A DNA stretch of 64,000 bases from an uncultured Clostridia bacterium (GTDB lineage Bacteria; Bacillota; Clostridia; UBA1381). The first letter of the stretch is position 1. Every line of letters begins with the position of its first letter. The stretch is taken from contig CAKSFT010000006.1 in the NCBI GenBank assembly GCA_934454145.1, positions 65,149 to 129,148 on the forward strand, in the 5' to 3' direction. Shown here one piece after another: positions 38,008-49,357 of this stretch. The position numbers and the translations under genes are program-made. A model generated the notes under the pieces. The model searched no databases. It had not been told where the DNA came from and was given only the letters and a program-made list of their open reading frames with translations.

Positions 38008-39732
38008 ATGCAGCAGAAAAAATGGGTCTATAAATGCGCAAAATTAAATCGCGAAGCCGTCTCGGAGTTTGCCTCCGCACACGGCATGTCCCTTGTCATG
38101 GCAACTGTATTTTTAAACAGAGGCATCAACACTGACGAAAAATTGAAAAAATTTCTCAAAAAGCCGCTTGACTGCATATACAATCCCATGCTTATGCCAA
38201 ACATGGAAAAAGCCTGCAAAAGGATACTGCACGCCATAGACAATCACGAAAAAATAACGGTATACGGTGACTATGACGCCGACGGCGTGACCTCAACGGC
38301 CATACTTTACACATTCTTAAAAGAGCTCGGCGCAGATGTCGGCTTTTATATACCCGACCGCTTTTCGGAGGGGTACGGGCTGAACATCATGGCGGTGAAC
38401 AAAATTTCCAAAAGCGGCACAAAGCTTTTGATAACGGTGGACTGCGGAATAGTTTCCACGGGCGAAGTTCAGCTTGCAAAAGCACAGGGCATGGAGGTCA
38501 TCATCACCGACCACCACACACCCCAGGAGAAGCTTCCCGAAACCATCATTGTCCACCCCGCGCTTGCGGATTCGGAATATCCTTTTTCGTCGCTTGCCGG
38601 CGCCGGCGTCGCCTTCAAGCTGATTCTGGGGCTGGGCATCATGACCGGCATGAAAAGTGCGGATATTTTCAACCGTTATGTCGGCATCGCCGCGATTGGC
38701 ACAATTGCCGATGTCGTGCCTCTTTGTGACGAAAACCGCGTCATTGCCGACCGCGGGACAAAAGCACTTGCAAAAACAGAAAACCCCGGCATAAAAGCAC
38801 TTATGGAAATCGCCGGCATAAACACAAAGGTTCTGACGTCAACCTCGCTGGCATTCGGCATTGCGCCACGCATCAACGCCGCCGGCAGAATGGGCAGTGC
38901 GACAGATGCGCTGGAGCTGATTCTTGCAAAAGACCGCGAAGATGCCTACAAAAAAGCTTTGTGGCTTGACACACAAAACAGAACCAGACAGGCAACGGAA
39001 CAAAAAATCCTTGCACAGGCGCTTGCCATGACAGAGGCGGACTGCAACTTTGAGAAAAAGAAAGTCATTGTGCTCTCGGGAGAAGGCTGGCACCACGGAG
39101 TCATAGGCATAGTTGCCTCGCGTCTTTGCGAAAAATTCGGCAAACCGTGTATAATGCTTTCCGAAGAAAACGGGCTGTGCAAAGGTTCGGCACGGTCGAT
39201 ATCGGCTTTTAGCATGTTTGATGCGCTTTTGCATTGCTCAGACCTGCTGACAAAGTTTGGGGGACATTCTCAGGCGGCAGGGCTTTCCCTGGCCGCTTCG
39301 GACCTTGAGACTTTTTCGCAGAAAATAAACAAATATGCCGATTCTGTCCTGACAGAAGAGGACATGATAAAAACCATTGAAATCGACTGCCGCATAAACC
39401 CGGCTGACATCAGCATGGATTATGCCGCGGCTCTCAGCGCGCTTGAGCCTTTCGGCGAGGCAAACGAACGCCCGGTATTCTCTGTCTGCGGCATACGCGC
39501 GGCATCTGTCGGGAAAATGGGCGCGGACGGCAAACATCTGCGGCTGCGCATTGCGGACAGAGGGCGGCAGATAAACTGTGCCGGCTTCGGCATGGGCGAC
39601 GCCGCCGACACAATCTGTGACGGTGATTTGGTGGACATTGCATTCTGCATCGATATAAACGAATTTAATGGAACAAGAAATGTACAGCTTTTGCTTAAAG
39701 ATATAAAAAAGGCGGCAAACGCCGCATCATAA
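38008..39732 (+). CDS. recJ: Single-stranded-DNA-specific exonuclease RecJ
   Basis: DHH motifs (YGDYDADGVTS, ITVDCG, ITDHH) and DHHA1 GGHSQAAG. Start at the ATG at 38008 (GGGAGAA SD). Confidence 0.92.
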   Translation: MQQKKWVYKCAKLNREAVSEFASAHGMSLVMATVFLNRGINTDEKLKKFLKKPLDCIYNPMLMPNMEKACKRILHAIDNHEKITVYGDYDADGVTSTAILYTFLKELGADVGFYIPDRFSEGYGLNIMAVNKISKSGTKLLITVDCGIVSTGEVQLAKAQGMEVIITDHHTPQEKLPETIIVHPALADSEYPFSSLAGAGVAFKLILGLGIMTGMKSADIFNRYVGIAAIGTIADVVPLCDENRVIADRGTKALAKTENPGIKALMEIAGINTKVLTSTSLAFGIAPRINAAGRMGSATDALELILAKDREDAYKKALWLDTQNRTRQATEQKILAQALAMTEADCNFEKKKVIVLSGEGWHHGVIGIVASRLCEKFGKPCIMLSEENGLCKGSARSISAFSMFDALLHCSDLLTKFGGHSQAAGLSLAASDLETFSQKINKYADSVLTEEDMIKTIEIDCRINPADISMDYAAALSALEPFGEANERPVFSVCGIRAASVGKMGADGKHLRLRIADRGRQINCAGFGMGDAADTICDGDLVDIAFCIDINEFNGTRNVQLLLKDIKKAANAAS

Positions 39733-39747
39733 AAGGAGGCCGTGTTT

Positions 39748-41976
39748 ATGGAGGAAAACAAAACAACAATTTTATCACCCGATAAAATACTGCACATCGC
39801 CGCGGACACGGACGAGATTATAGACCAAGTGATTGAAATGGTCAAAAAATACAGCCCAAAGGCAAACACAGACATGATATATGTTGCATACAGGTTTGCA
39901 AAAAACGCCCACAAGGGCGTGAAAAGACGCTCGGGCGAGCCGTATATCATTCACCCCGTCCAGACGGCATTCATCGCCGCACAGCTTGAGATGGATTGCA
40001 CCACCATTGCCTCTGCGCTCTTGCACGACGTCATCGAAGACACACCGTATACCTTCTCGGACTTAGAGGCAATTTTCGGCAAGAGTGTGGCAGAAATCGT
40101 GGACGGAGTCACAAAACTTACAAAAATACAATATTCTTCAAAAGAACAGCAACAGATGGAAAACCTGAGGAAAATGTTCCTTGCCATGGCAAAGGATATC
40201 CGTGTGGTTATCATAAAGCTTATCGACCGCCTGCACAATCTGCGAACACTTGACTATCAGACAAGGGAAAAACAGCTTGAAAAAGCAAAGGAAACACTTG
40301 ACATATATTCCCCTCTCGCGCACCGTCTGGGTATGTCAAAAATCAAAACAGAGCTTGAAGATTTGTCGCTCAAATATCTTGACCCCGTGGCTTATGAAGA
40401 AATCAGAAACGGCATAAACCAAAAAAAGGAAGAACGCGAAAGATATGTCGTCACCATAATAAATGCACTGGAAGAGCGCCTTGCAAAACTCAACATCAAA
40501 GCACAGGTCACGGGGCGTGCAAAACACTTCTACAGCATATTCCGCAAAATGTATGCGCAAAACAAAACACTTGACGAGATATATGATCTTTTTGCCGTCC
40601 GTGTAATCGTGGACAGCGTAGCAGACTGCTATGCGGTGCTCGGTATGGTGCACGAGATGTACACCCCTATACCGATGAGGTTTAAGGATTACATCGCCAT
40701 GCCCAAGCCCAATCTGTACCAATCATTGCACACCACAGTTGTCGGTCCCAACGGCACGCCCTTTGAAATCCAGATACGCACATGGGAAATGCACAAGGTT
40801 GCAGAAGAAGGAATCGCGGCGCACTGGAAGTACAAAGAAGGCGTGACAGGTACAACCGACATGGATTCAAAGCTTGCGTGGGTGCGCCAGTTGCTTGAAA
40901 ACCAGGTCGACATCATTGACACCGACGACTTTTTAAAAACCATAAAATTTGACCTGTTCAGCGAGGAGGTTTTTGCCCTGACGCCGAACGGCAAGGTCAT
41001 ATCCCTTGCAAACGGCAGTACGGTCATAGACTTTGCCTTTGCGATACACACCGCCGTCGGCTACAAAATGAGCGGCGCCAAGGTCAACGGGAAAATCGTC
41101 CCGCACAACTATGTCCTCCAAAACGGCGACATAGTTGAAATCCTTACCTCTGCAAGCGTGAAAGGCCCCAGCCGCGATTGGCTGAAAATCGTAAAAACCT
41201 CCCAGGCGCGCAACAAGATAAACCAATGGCTGAAGCGCGAATGCCGCGACGAAAACATAAGCCACGGCAAAGAACTGATGGACAAAGAAATCAAGCGCAC
41301 CAGGATTCCCGCCTCGGAGTTGCTAAAAAACGAATGGCTGGAGCCGATATGCAAAAAATACAGCTTTGCGACAATTGATGATTTGTACGCAAGCATAGGC
41401 TATGGCGGACTGTCGGCGCAAAAGGTTCTTCTGCGCCTGCGTGAAGAATATACAAAATTCAAAAAGAGCAGCCGTGAAAATTCTTCCGGGTCGGCTGTCG
41501 GCAAAGCAAGAAAAACAAACTATAACGGAATCGAAGTGGAAGGAATCGAAAATTGCCTTGTGCGCCTTGCGGGCTGCTGCAACCCCGTGCCGGGCGATGA
41601 GATAAAAGGATTCATAACAAAAGGCAGAGGTGTTTCGGTGCACCGTGCAGATTGCTCCAATATCCGCCCGTCATCGCTTTCGGAAGAGGACAGAAACCGC
41701 TTTATCGAAGTGCGCTGGGCAGAAGAAAAGCACGCATCTTACATCGCAACACTGCAAATCGAGGCGGACGACCGCATCGGTCTGATGATGAATGTTTCGG
41801 CATGCCTTGCAGACCTCAAAATCAATTGCTCTTCAATCGATTCACGCGCGACAAAAAAGGGGATTGCAATAATGAACTTCGGTCTGGAAATTTCCGACGC
41901 GTCCGACATGAAACGCGCGATGAACAAAATCAAGCAAATCCCCGGCGTCATATCTGTAAGCCGCAAAAACGGCTGA
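39748..41976 (+). CDS. relA: Bifunctional (p)ppGpp synthetase/hydrolase RelA/SpoT (Rel)
   Basis: ~742 aa. HD domain (HPV...LLHDVIEDT), synthetase domain (YQSLHTTV), TGS and ACT-like C-terminus. ATG at 39748 with AAAGGAGG 8 nt upstream. Confidence 0.95.
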   Translation: MEENKTTILSPDKILHIAADTDEIIDQVIEMVKKYSPKANTDMIYVAYRFAKNAHKGVKRRSGEPYIIHPVQTAFIAAQLEMDCTTIASALLHDVIEDTPYTFSDLEAIFGKSVAEIVDGVTKLTKIQYSSKEQQQMENLRKMFLAMAKDIRVVIIKLIDRLHNLRTLDYQTREKQLEKAKETLDIYSPLAHRLGMSKIKTELEDLSLKYLDPVAYEEIRNGINQKKEERERYVVTIINALEERLAKLNIKAQVTGRAKHFYSIFRKMYAQNKTLDEIYDLFAVRVIVDSVADCYAVLGMVHEMYTPIPMRFKDYIAMPKPNLYQSLHTTVVGPNGTPFEIQIRTWEMHKVAEEGIAAHWKYKEGVTGTTDMDSKLAWVRQLLENQVDIIDTDDFLKTIKFDLFSEEVFALTPNGKVISLANGSTVIDFAFAIHTAVGYKMSGAKVNGKIVPHNYVLQNGDIVEILTSASVKGPSRDWLKIVKTSQARNKINQWLKRECRDENISHGKELMDKEIKRTRIPASELLKNEWLEPICKKYSFATIDDLYASIGYGGLSAQKVLLRLREEYTKFKKSSRENSSGSAVGKARKTNYNGIEVEGIENCLVRLAGCCNPVPGDEIKGFITKGRGVSVHRADCSNIRPSSLSEEDRNRFIEVRWAEEKHASYIATLQIEADDRIGLMMNVSACLADLKINCSSIDSRATKKGIAIMNFGLEISDASDMKRAMNKIKQIPGVISVSRKNG

Positions 41977-41994
41977 GTTTAAGGAGAAATATAT

Positions 41995-42219
41995 ATGCAA
42001 ACTGAAAACATCAAGATAAAAACCGAATTTATCAAGCTTGACCAGCTTTTGAAATTTTCGGGAATCGCCGAAACGGGCAGCGACGCAAAGGACATGGTTT
42101 TGGACGGCATTGTGGCCGTAAACGGCGAACCATGCACAATGCGCGGCAAAAAAATACGTCCCGGCGACGAAGTCACCGTCACCTTTGAGGACGGGAAATA
42201 CAAAATATGCGTAGAGTAA
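41995..42219 (+). CDS. yaaA: S4-domain RNA-binding protein YaaA
   Basis: 74 aa. [29 protein letters not shown]...RGKKIRPGD pattern. Located upstream of recF. Confidence 0.85.
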   Translation: MQTENIKIKTEFIKLDQLLKFSGIAETGSDAKDMVLDGIVAVNGEPCTMRGKKIRPGDEVTVTFEDGKYKICVE

Positions 42220-42232
42220 GCGGAGCAGGCAG

Positions 42233-43330
42233 ATGTATATAAAAACGCTTTTGGCGGAAAACTTCAGGAATTATACACATCAGGAATTGTCGCTCTCGCC
42301 GGGCACAAATGTGTTTTTCGGCAACAACGCCCAGGGGAAGACAAATCTCCTGGAGGCATGTTATCTTTTTTCCCACGGCAGAAGCCACAGGGCAAAATCC
42401 GACTCCGAGATGATAAAGTTCGGCGAAAAACTGTTTACTCTCAAGTCAGTATTTGCCGACTCTTCACGCGATTATAACGCACTGATAAGGATAAACGCCG
42501 AGGGAAAAAAAATCATCAAAATCAACAATGTGGCAATAACAAAGCTTTCCATGCTGATGAGCTACCTGAATGTGGTAATGTTTTCGCCGGACGATTTGGA
42601 ACTTATAAAGGGTTCCCCATCGGTGCGCAGAAAGTTTGCCGACGCGGCGATAAGCCAGCTGTATCCGAATTATTTGGTTAACCTGATAAACTACAACAAA
42701 ACTCTGATGCAGAAAAACGCACTTCTGAAAAATCTCCGCCTCTCGGGCAGCCGCCGCGATGCCGCGCTCTCTGTCTGGAACGAACAGCTTGCCGGCTATG
42801 GCGCGGCAATACTGAAATACCGCCGCAGTTTTCTTGACGTGCTCGGCAAAGAAGCAAAAGCCGTGCATGCCGAAATAACCTCCGAAAGCTTTGGGCTTTC
42901 GTATCTTCCAAACATCAATTGCGGCGAGGACAACCCGGCGGAGGATTTTTTAAAAAAGCTGGAATCCTCACAAGAACGCGAAATTGACGCCGGGCTTTCG
43001 CAATACGGCGTACAGCGCGATGACTTCCGGCTCACAATAAACGACAAAGACGCCAAGATATACGGTTCGCAAGGTCAGCAGCGCACCTGTGTGCTCACAC
43101 TCAAGCTTGCCGAAACCGAATATATTAAAAATATAAAAAACGAGTATCCCGTGCTTCTCCTTGATGACATTATGAGTGAACTTGATATCACAAGAAGAAG
43201 CTATCTGGCAGAAAAAATACGTGCAAAACAGGTGCTCATCACCTGCACGGACATTGATTCACTGAAAAAGGATTCTGACACAAGAATCTTTAAAATATCC
43301 GGCGGAACTATCCAAAACGACATCCGCTGA
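42233..43330 (+). CDS. recF: DNA replication and repair protein RecF
   Basis: 365 aa. Walker A GNNAQGKTNLLEA, signature GSQGQQRT, Walker B LLLDD. Confidence 0.93.
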   Translation: MYIKTLLAENFRNYTHQELSLSPGTNVFFGNNAQGKTNLLEACYLFSHGRSHRAKSDSEMIKFGEKLFTLKSVFADSSRDYNALIRINAEGKKIIKINNVAITKLSMLMSYLNVVMFSPDDLELIKGSPSVRRKFADAAISQLYPNYLVNLINYNKTLMQKNALLKNLRLSGSRRDAALSVWNEQLAGYGAAILKYRRSFLDVLGKEAKAVHAEITSESFGLSYLPNINCGEDNPAEDFLKKLESSQEREIDAGLSQYGVQRDDFRLTINDKDAKIYGSQGQQRTCVLTLKLAETEYIKNIKNEYPVLLLDDIMSELDITRRSYLAEKIRAKQVLITCTDIDSLKKDSDTRIFKISGGTIQNDIR

Positions 43331-43345
43331 AAAAGGGGGCATAGT

Positions 43346-43627
43346 ATGTATCTTCATCTGGGGAATGACGCCGTTGTGAGGAAATGCGACATTGTTGCGA
43401 TTTTTGACATGGACAACACCACAATTTCAAAACAAAGCAGAAAATTTCTGACCGATGCACAGCACAGCGGCTCTGTCATAGACATAACCGACGACCTCCC
43501 AAAGTCGTACATCATCACAGAACACAACAAAAAAGTGAGCGTGTATATATCGTCGGTATCGTCAAAGACGCTTCAAAAACGTTGGAAATCAAAAAAAATT
43601 ATATATGAAACAGGAGAAAAACAATGA
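43346..43627 (+). CDS. remB: DUF370 (RemB/YaaB-like) protein
   Basis: 93 aa. [18 protein letters not shown] pattern. Sits in the usual recF-gyrB spacer position. Confidence 0.75.
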   Translation: MYLHLGNDAVVRKCDIVAIFDMDNTTISKQSRKFLTDAQHSGSVIDITDDLPKSYIITEHNKKVSVYISSVSSKTLQKRWKSKKIIYETGEKQ

Positions 43628-45549
43628 TTGATGAAAAGATTGAAACCAAATATGACGAGAACCAAATTCAGATCCTTGAGGGACTTGACGCAGTAAGAAA
43701 GCGCCCGGGCATGTACATCGGGTCGACATCTTCTGCCGGGCTGCACCACCTTGTGTATGAAATTGTGGACAACTCCATAGACGAAGCCCTTGCAGGCTAC
43801 TGTACAGAAATTCTTGTCGATGTAAACCCCGACAATTCTGTGACGGTGACAGACAACGGCCGCGGCATACCCGTCGGCATACATCCCCAGCAGGGAATCC
43901 CGACAGTCGAAGTTGTGCTCACCATTCTCCATGCCGGCGGGAAATTCGGCGGCGGCGGATACAAAGTGTCTGGCGGTCTGCACGGCGTCGGTTCCTCTGT
44001 CGTAAACGCGCTCTCCGAGCGTCTTGAAGTTGAGGTTTCGGACGGAGAGCATGTTTATTATCAAAGCTATGAAAGAGGAAAGCCCACATGCAAGTTGAAA
44101 GTGATAGGCGACACCGACAAGACCGGCACAAAAATCACCTTTAAGCCCGACCCGGAAATCTTTGAAGTGCTTGAGTTTGACTATGACGTTCTCTTGAAAA
44201 GACTGCGCGAGCAGGCATTCTTAAACAAGGGCGTAAAGATAATCTTCACCGACAAGCGTCAGGACCCGCCTGTCACGCAAGAGCTTTATGCAGAAGGCGG
44301 CATAAAGGAATTTGTTCAATTTATAAACAAAAACAAGGACCCTCTTCATGATGAGATAATATATTTTGAAGCCGCACGCGACGACATGATGGTTGAAGTC
44401 GCAATGCAGTACACCGACGCATACAGTGAGATTCTCCTGAGCTTTGCAAACAATATCCACACCGTCGACGGCGGAACGCACGAAACAGGCTTTAAGGCAG
44501 GGCTGACACGTGTCATAAATGACTATGCAAGGAAAAACAATCTCTTGAAGGAAAAGGAGAACAACCTTTCGGGTGACGACACGAGAGAAGGCTTGACCGC
44601 CGTCATCAGCGTCAAGGTCACCGATGCACAGTTTGAGGGACAGACAAAAGCAAAACTCGGCAATTCCGAGGCGAGAACACTGGTGGAAAACGCCCTGAAC
44701 GACAAGCTGTCGGCGTTTCTGGAAGAAAATCCGAGAATCGCAAAAACCATTGTGGAAAAAACCCTCACCGCCTCACGTGCAAGGGAAGCGGCAAGACGCG
44801 CAAGAGAAGCCACCAGAAAAAATTCCGCCGTTTCCAACTCGTCACTGCTCGGCAAGCTTGCGCGCTGTACAGACGAAGGCGCAGATTATGCGGAAATATA
44901 CATCGTCGAGGGAGATTCCGCAGGAGGCAGTGCAAAGCAGGGCAGAAACAGGCGTTTCCAAGCAATTCTGCCGCTTTGGGGAAAAATGCTTAATGTGGAA
45001 AAATCACGCATAGACAAAGTTTACAGCAACGAAAAACTTCTGCCGATAATCCAGGCACTCGGTACAGGAATCGGCGACGACTTTGATATTGAAAAGCTGA
45101 AATACGGCAAAGTCATCATTATGGCAGATGCCGATGTCGACGGACTTCATATAAGAACCCTGCTTTTGACATTTTTCTTCAGATATATGCGTCCGCTCAT
45201 CGACAACGGCAACATCTATTGTGCTCAGCCGCCTCTCTTTAAGGTTTTCAAAGGAAAGAACGCAAATCTCGTTGAAAAATTTGCTTTCAGCGATGACGAG
45301 CGCGACGCACTCATTGCAGAAATGGGAAATGGCTGCAAAGTTCAGCGTTACAAAGGTCTGGGAGAAATGGACGCATCAGAACTTTGGGAAACAACCATGA
45401 ACCCCGAAACGAGGACTATGCTCCGTGTAAGCGTTGAGGACGCCGTCGCGGCAGACCAGACATTTACTATCCTGATGGGCGACAAGGTTGAACCGCGCCG
45501 TGAATTTATAGAACAGCACGCAAAATACGTATCAAACCTTGATATATAA
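43624..45549 (+). CDS. gyrB: DNA gyrase subunit B
   Basis: 641 aa. [39 protein letters not shown]. Confidence 0.96.
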   Translation: MIDEKIETKYDENQIQILEGLDAVRKRPGMYIGSTSSAGLHHLVYEIVDNSIDEALAGYCTEILVDVNPDNSVTVTDNGRGIPVGIHPQQGIPTVEVVLTILHAGGKFGGGGYKVSGGLHGVGSSVVNALSERLEVEVSDGEHVYYQSYERGKPTCKLKVIGDTDKTGTKITFKPDPEIFEVLEFDYDVLLKRLREQAFLNKGVKIIFTDKRQDPPVTQELYAEGGIKEFVQFINKNKDPLHDEIIYFEAARDDMMVEVAMQYTDAYSEILLSFANNIHTVDGGTHETGFKAGLTRVINDYARKNNLLKEKENNLSGDDTREGLTAVISVKVTDAQFEGQTKAKLGNSEARTLVENALNDKLSAFLEENPRIAKTIVEKTLTASRAREAARRAREATRKNSAVSNSSLLGKLARCTDEGADYAEIYIVEGDSAGGSAKQGRNRRFQAILPLWGKMLNVEKSRIDKVYSNEKLLPIIQALGTGIGDDFDIEKLKYGKVIIMADADVDGLHIRTLLLTFFFRYMRPLIDNGNIYCAQPPLFKVFKGKNANLVEKFAFSDDERDALIAEMGNGCKVQRYKGLGEMDASELWETTMNPETRTMLRVSVEDAVAADQTFTILMGDKVEPRREFIEQHAKYVSNLDI

Positions 45550-45564
45550 AAAGATAACAATTAT

Positions 45565-45593
45565 AAAGGGGCTTTGCAAAAAAGCCCCTTTTT
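45565..45593 (+). terminator. Intrinsic terminator after gyrB
   Basis: AAAGGGGCTTT-gcaa-AAAGCCCCTTT followed by TT. Confidence 0.7.
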
Positions 45594-45611
45594 GCTGAAA
45601 GGAAAATAAAG

Positions 45612-46787
45612 ATGAAATTCACCTTTAAACAAACAAAATACGCCTGTTATTCCGGATATATCACCCAGGCGGTCATCAACAACTTTACGCCGCTTTTGTT
45701 CGTGATATTCGCTTCCGATTTCGGGCTTAACATCACACAGCTTGCTTCTCTGATAACAATAAACTTTTTCACGCAGATGTGCGTGGACACTTTCGGCGCA
45801 AGATATGCCGAAAAAATCGGGTATCGGCGCGTATTGGTTGCGTCGCAGTTTGCCGCCGCCCTTGGCATGATCCTTTTAGGCACGCTCCCCTTTGTGATGC
45901 ACCCATATGCCGGGCTTATCATTTCTGTCATAGTCTATGCCATAGGCAGCGGCTTTACCGAGGTAATGGTCAGCCCCGTTGTCGAGGCAATCCCCGGCGA
46001 CGCAAAGGCGTCGTCAATGAGCCTGCTTCATTCCTTTTACTGCTGGGGACATGTATACACCGTGCTTGTCGCGACGGCTTATTTCAATATTTTCGGGCTC
46101 GAAAACTGGCGCTACCTCGCCTACTACTGGGCGGTTCTTCCTTTTATGACAGCGTTGCTGTTTGCCAAAGTGCCGATAAATGTCTTTGGCGAAGAGAACG
46201 GGGAAAGGACAAAATTTTCGGAATTTTTCCGTTCCGGTGCCTTTTGGGTATTTATTCTTCTGATGCTCTGTTCCGGTGCGTCAGAGCTTGCGATAAGCCA
46301 ATGGTCATCAATGTTTGCCGAAACAAGCCTTCACGTGTCAAAAAATACGGGTGACCTCTTGGGGCCGTGTATGTTTGCTGTATTCATGGGAATTGCGCGT
46401 GTGGGCTTCGGCAGATTTGGCGAAAAGCTGAACCTGAAACGCAGTCTGACACTCACTTCGCTTTTGTGCATAACCGGCTACATAACGGCGTCTGCAATTC
46501 CGCATCCTTTTATAAACCTTGCCGGCTGCGGCATATGCGGTTTTTCTGTCGGTCTGATGTGGCCCGGCACGATGAGCCTTGCGGCAAAGCAATTCCCAAA
46601 AGGCGGCACTGCCCTCTTTGGGCTTTTGGCGCTTGCCGGCGACATAGGCTGTTTCACAGGGCCGGAACTTGTCGCAACGGTTTCGGAATTTTCGACGCTA
46701 AAAATCGGAATCTTATCCGCTGTCATTTTCCCGGTTATATTGCTTTTGCTTACGTTTTATCTGCAAAAAACGCGTACATCAAAATAA
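45612..46787 (+). CDS. MFS transporter
   Basis: 391 aa with ~12 predicted TM segments in a 6+6 layout. Confidence 0.75.
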   Translation: MKFTFKQTKYACYSGYITQAVINNFTPLLFVIFASDFGLNITQLASLITINFFTQMCVDTFGARYAEKIGYRRVLVASQFAAALGMILLGTLPFVMHPYAGLIISVIVYAIGSGFTEVMVSPVVEAIPGDAKASSMSLLHSFYCWGHVYTVLVATAYFNIFGLENWRYLAYYWAVLPFMTALLFAKVPINVFGEENGERTKFSEFFRSGAFWVFILLMLCSGASELAISQWSSMFAETSLHVSKNTGDLLGPCMFAVFMGIARVGFGRFGEKLNLKRSLTLTSLLCITGYITASAIPHPFINLAGCGICGFSVGLMWPGTMSLAAKQFPKGGTALFGLLALAGDIGCFTGPELVATVSEFSTLKIGILSAVIFPVILLLLTFYLQKTRTSK

Positions 46788-46793
46788 AAAAAT

Positions 46794-46830
46794 GGGCTGA
46801 TTAAAAAACAATTGATTTTTTAATCAGCCC
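46794..46830. terminator. Bidirectional terminator hairpin GGGCTGATTAAAAAA-caattg-ATTTTTTAATCAGCCC
   Basis: 16-bp stem between the convergent MFS and eno genes. It is a sequence relative of the hairpin at 35257-35289. Confidence 0.7.
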
Positions 46831-46865
46831 TTGCTTTTGGGAAAAAGGAGAAACAGTAACATTTA

Positions 46866-46912
46866 CTTTTTTCTTCTTTTCTTGTGTTCCGGAGTGTTTT
46901 TACATCTCCCTT
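46866..46912 (-). repeat. Short family 2 module in the eno 3' UTR
   Basis: Minus strand reads AAGGGAGATGTAAAAACACTCCGGAACACAAGAAAAGAAG, starting 4 nt after the eno stop. It matches the 5' ends of the elements at 6405-6449 and 35495-35539. Confidence 0.4.
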
Positions 46913-46915
46913 ATT

Positions 46916-48241
<1,326 letters not shown>

Positions 48242-48290
48242 CTATTATTTTCCGTTTGACACAATTTTATCCTGAATTTGCGAAAATCAC

Positions 48291-48332
48291 AAAAAAACTG
48301 CATTGCAAAAAGTTTACACCATGCAATGCAGT
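48291..48332 (-). terminator. Intrinsic terminator after dut
   Basis: Stem ACTGCATTGCA/TGCAATGCAGT, followed on the minus strand by a 7-nt T-run. Confidence 0.7.
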
Positions 48333-48347
48333 CAAGTTTTATACAGC

Positions 48348-48851
48348 TTATTTTTTTGTCGTACTCCCAAAACCGCCGTTCCTTATTTCGGTTGCTCCGT
48401 CATCAACGGTGATGCCGTATTCACAAAAAATCCCCTGGGCAAAGCCTTCACCGGCTTTCACCTCCACGGTTTTCCCCTCGCGCGAATCATTTGTTATCTT
48501 TATAAATATATGCCCCTCGTTGTCCGAGTTGTAATAATCACTGTCGATAATCCCGACAGTGTTGTTCAGCTGCACGCGATACTTAAATCCCAAGCCGCTC
48601 CTGGGGTATATCTTAAGCACCCAGCCGTCGTCAATTTTCGCCCTTATCCCGGTTGCGATTTTGATGCTTTCCCCGGGCTTGAGCGCAAAATCCACAGGCG
48701 AATAAAAATCATATCCGGCAGAACCGGACGTTGCCCTTTTGGGGAGCTTCAATGCTTCATATTCCCCCTGCGGCTTTTTGCCAAAAGAATCCTCAAATCC
48801 TTGTGCAAACTGCTCACCCGAAACCTTTTCAAATTTGGCTATTCTCTTCAT
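48348..48851 (-). CDS. dut: dUTP diphosphatase (trimeric dUTPase family, YncF-like)
   Basis: 167 aa. SAGYDF, IYPRSGLG, GIIDSDY motifs. Confidence 0.85.
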   Translation of the reverse strand: MKRIAKFEKVSGEQFAQGFEDSFGKKPQGEYEALKLPKRATSGSAGYDFYSPVDFALKPGESIKIATGIRAKIDDGWVLKIYPRSGLGFKYRVQLNNTVGIIDSDYYNSDNEGHIFIKITNDSREGKTVEVKAGEGFAQGIFCEYGITVDDGATEIRNGGFGSTTKK

Positions 48852-48853
48852 CC

Positions 48854-49354
48854 CTATTCCCGTTCCTTTCCGTGCAAAACAACATCGCCCGACTCGAGCG
48901 TCTTTTTTACATCAATGACGCGCTGATTGGAGCTTCCTTTCCAAAAAAGCTTTTCGTCTTTCAGCTCTTCCACAAATTCGCCGTCAACCACCACGTCGGC
49001 AAGCTTTATATAATCCTCGTCCTTTATCTCGTCCCACGAAAAACCCGTATAAAGCCATATCGTCTTTTGCGGAAGCTTTTCTTTTATTTTTTTCATCAGC
49101 TTTGCCACCTCTGCCCTGTTTTGGGGGTGCAGCGGGTCGCCCCCGCTGAAGGTGACACCCGAGATATAGGGCTTGTTTATTGCCTCAAAAAGCTCCCTCT
49201 CCGCCGCCTCGTCAAACTCAATGCCGCCGTTTATATCCCATGTCACAGGGTTGTGGCAATTTTTGCATTTGTGCGTACAGCCGGCAACCCATAAAACAGC
49301 ACGCAGACCGTCGCCGTTCAACATGTCGTCCTTGGTTATGTTATGATAACGCAT
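48854..49354 (-). CDS. nrdG: Anaerobic ribonucleotide reductase activating protein (radical SAM)
   Basis: 166 aa. GCTHKCKNCHN cluster motif. Located directly downstream of nrdD. Confidence 0.9.
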   Translation of the reverse strand: MRYHNITKDDMLNGDGLRAVLWVAGCTHKCKNCHNPVTWDINGGIEFDEAAERELFEAINKPYISGVTFSGGDPLHPQNRAEVAKLMKKIKEKLPQKTIWLYTGFSWDEIKDEDYIKLADVVVDGEFVEELKDEKLFWKGSSNQRVIDVKKTLESGDVVLHGKERE

Positions 49355-49357
49355 TTT

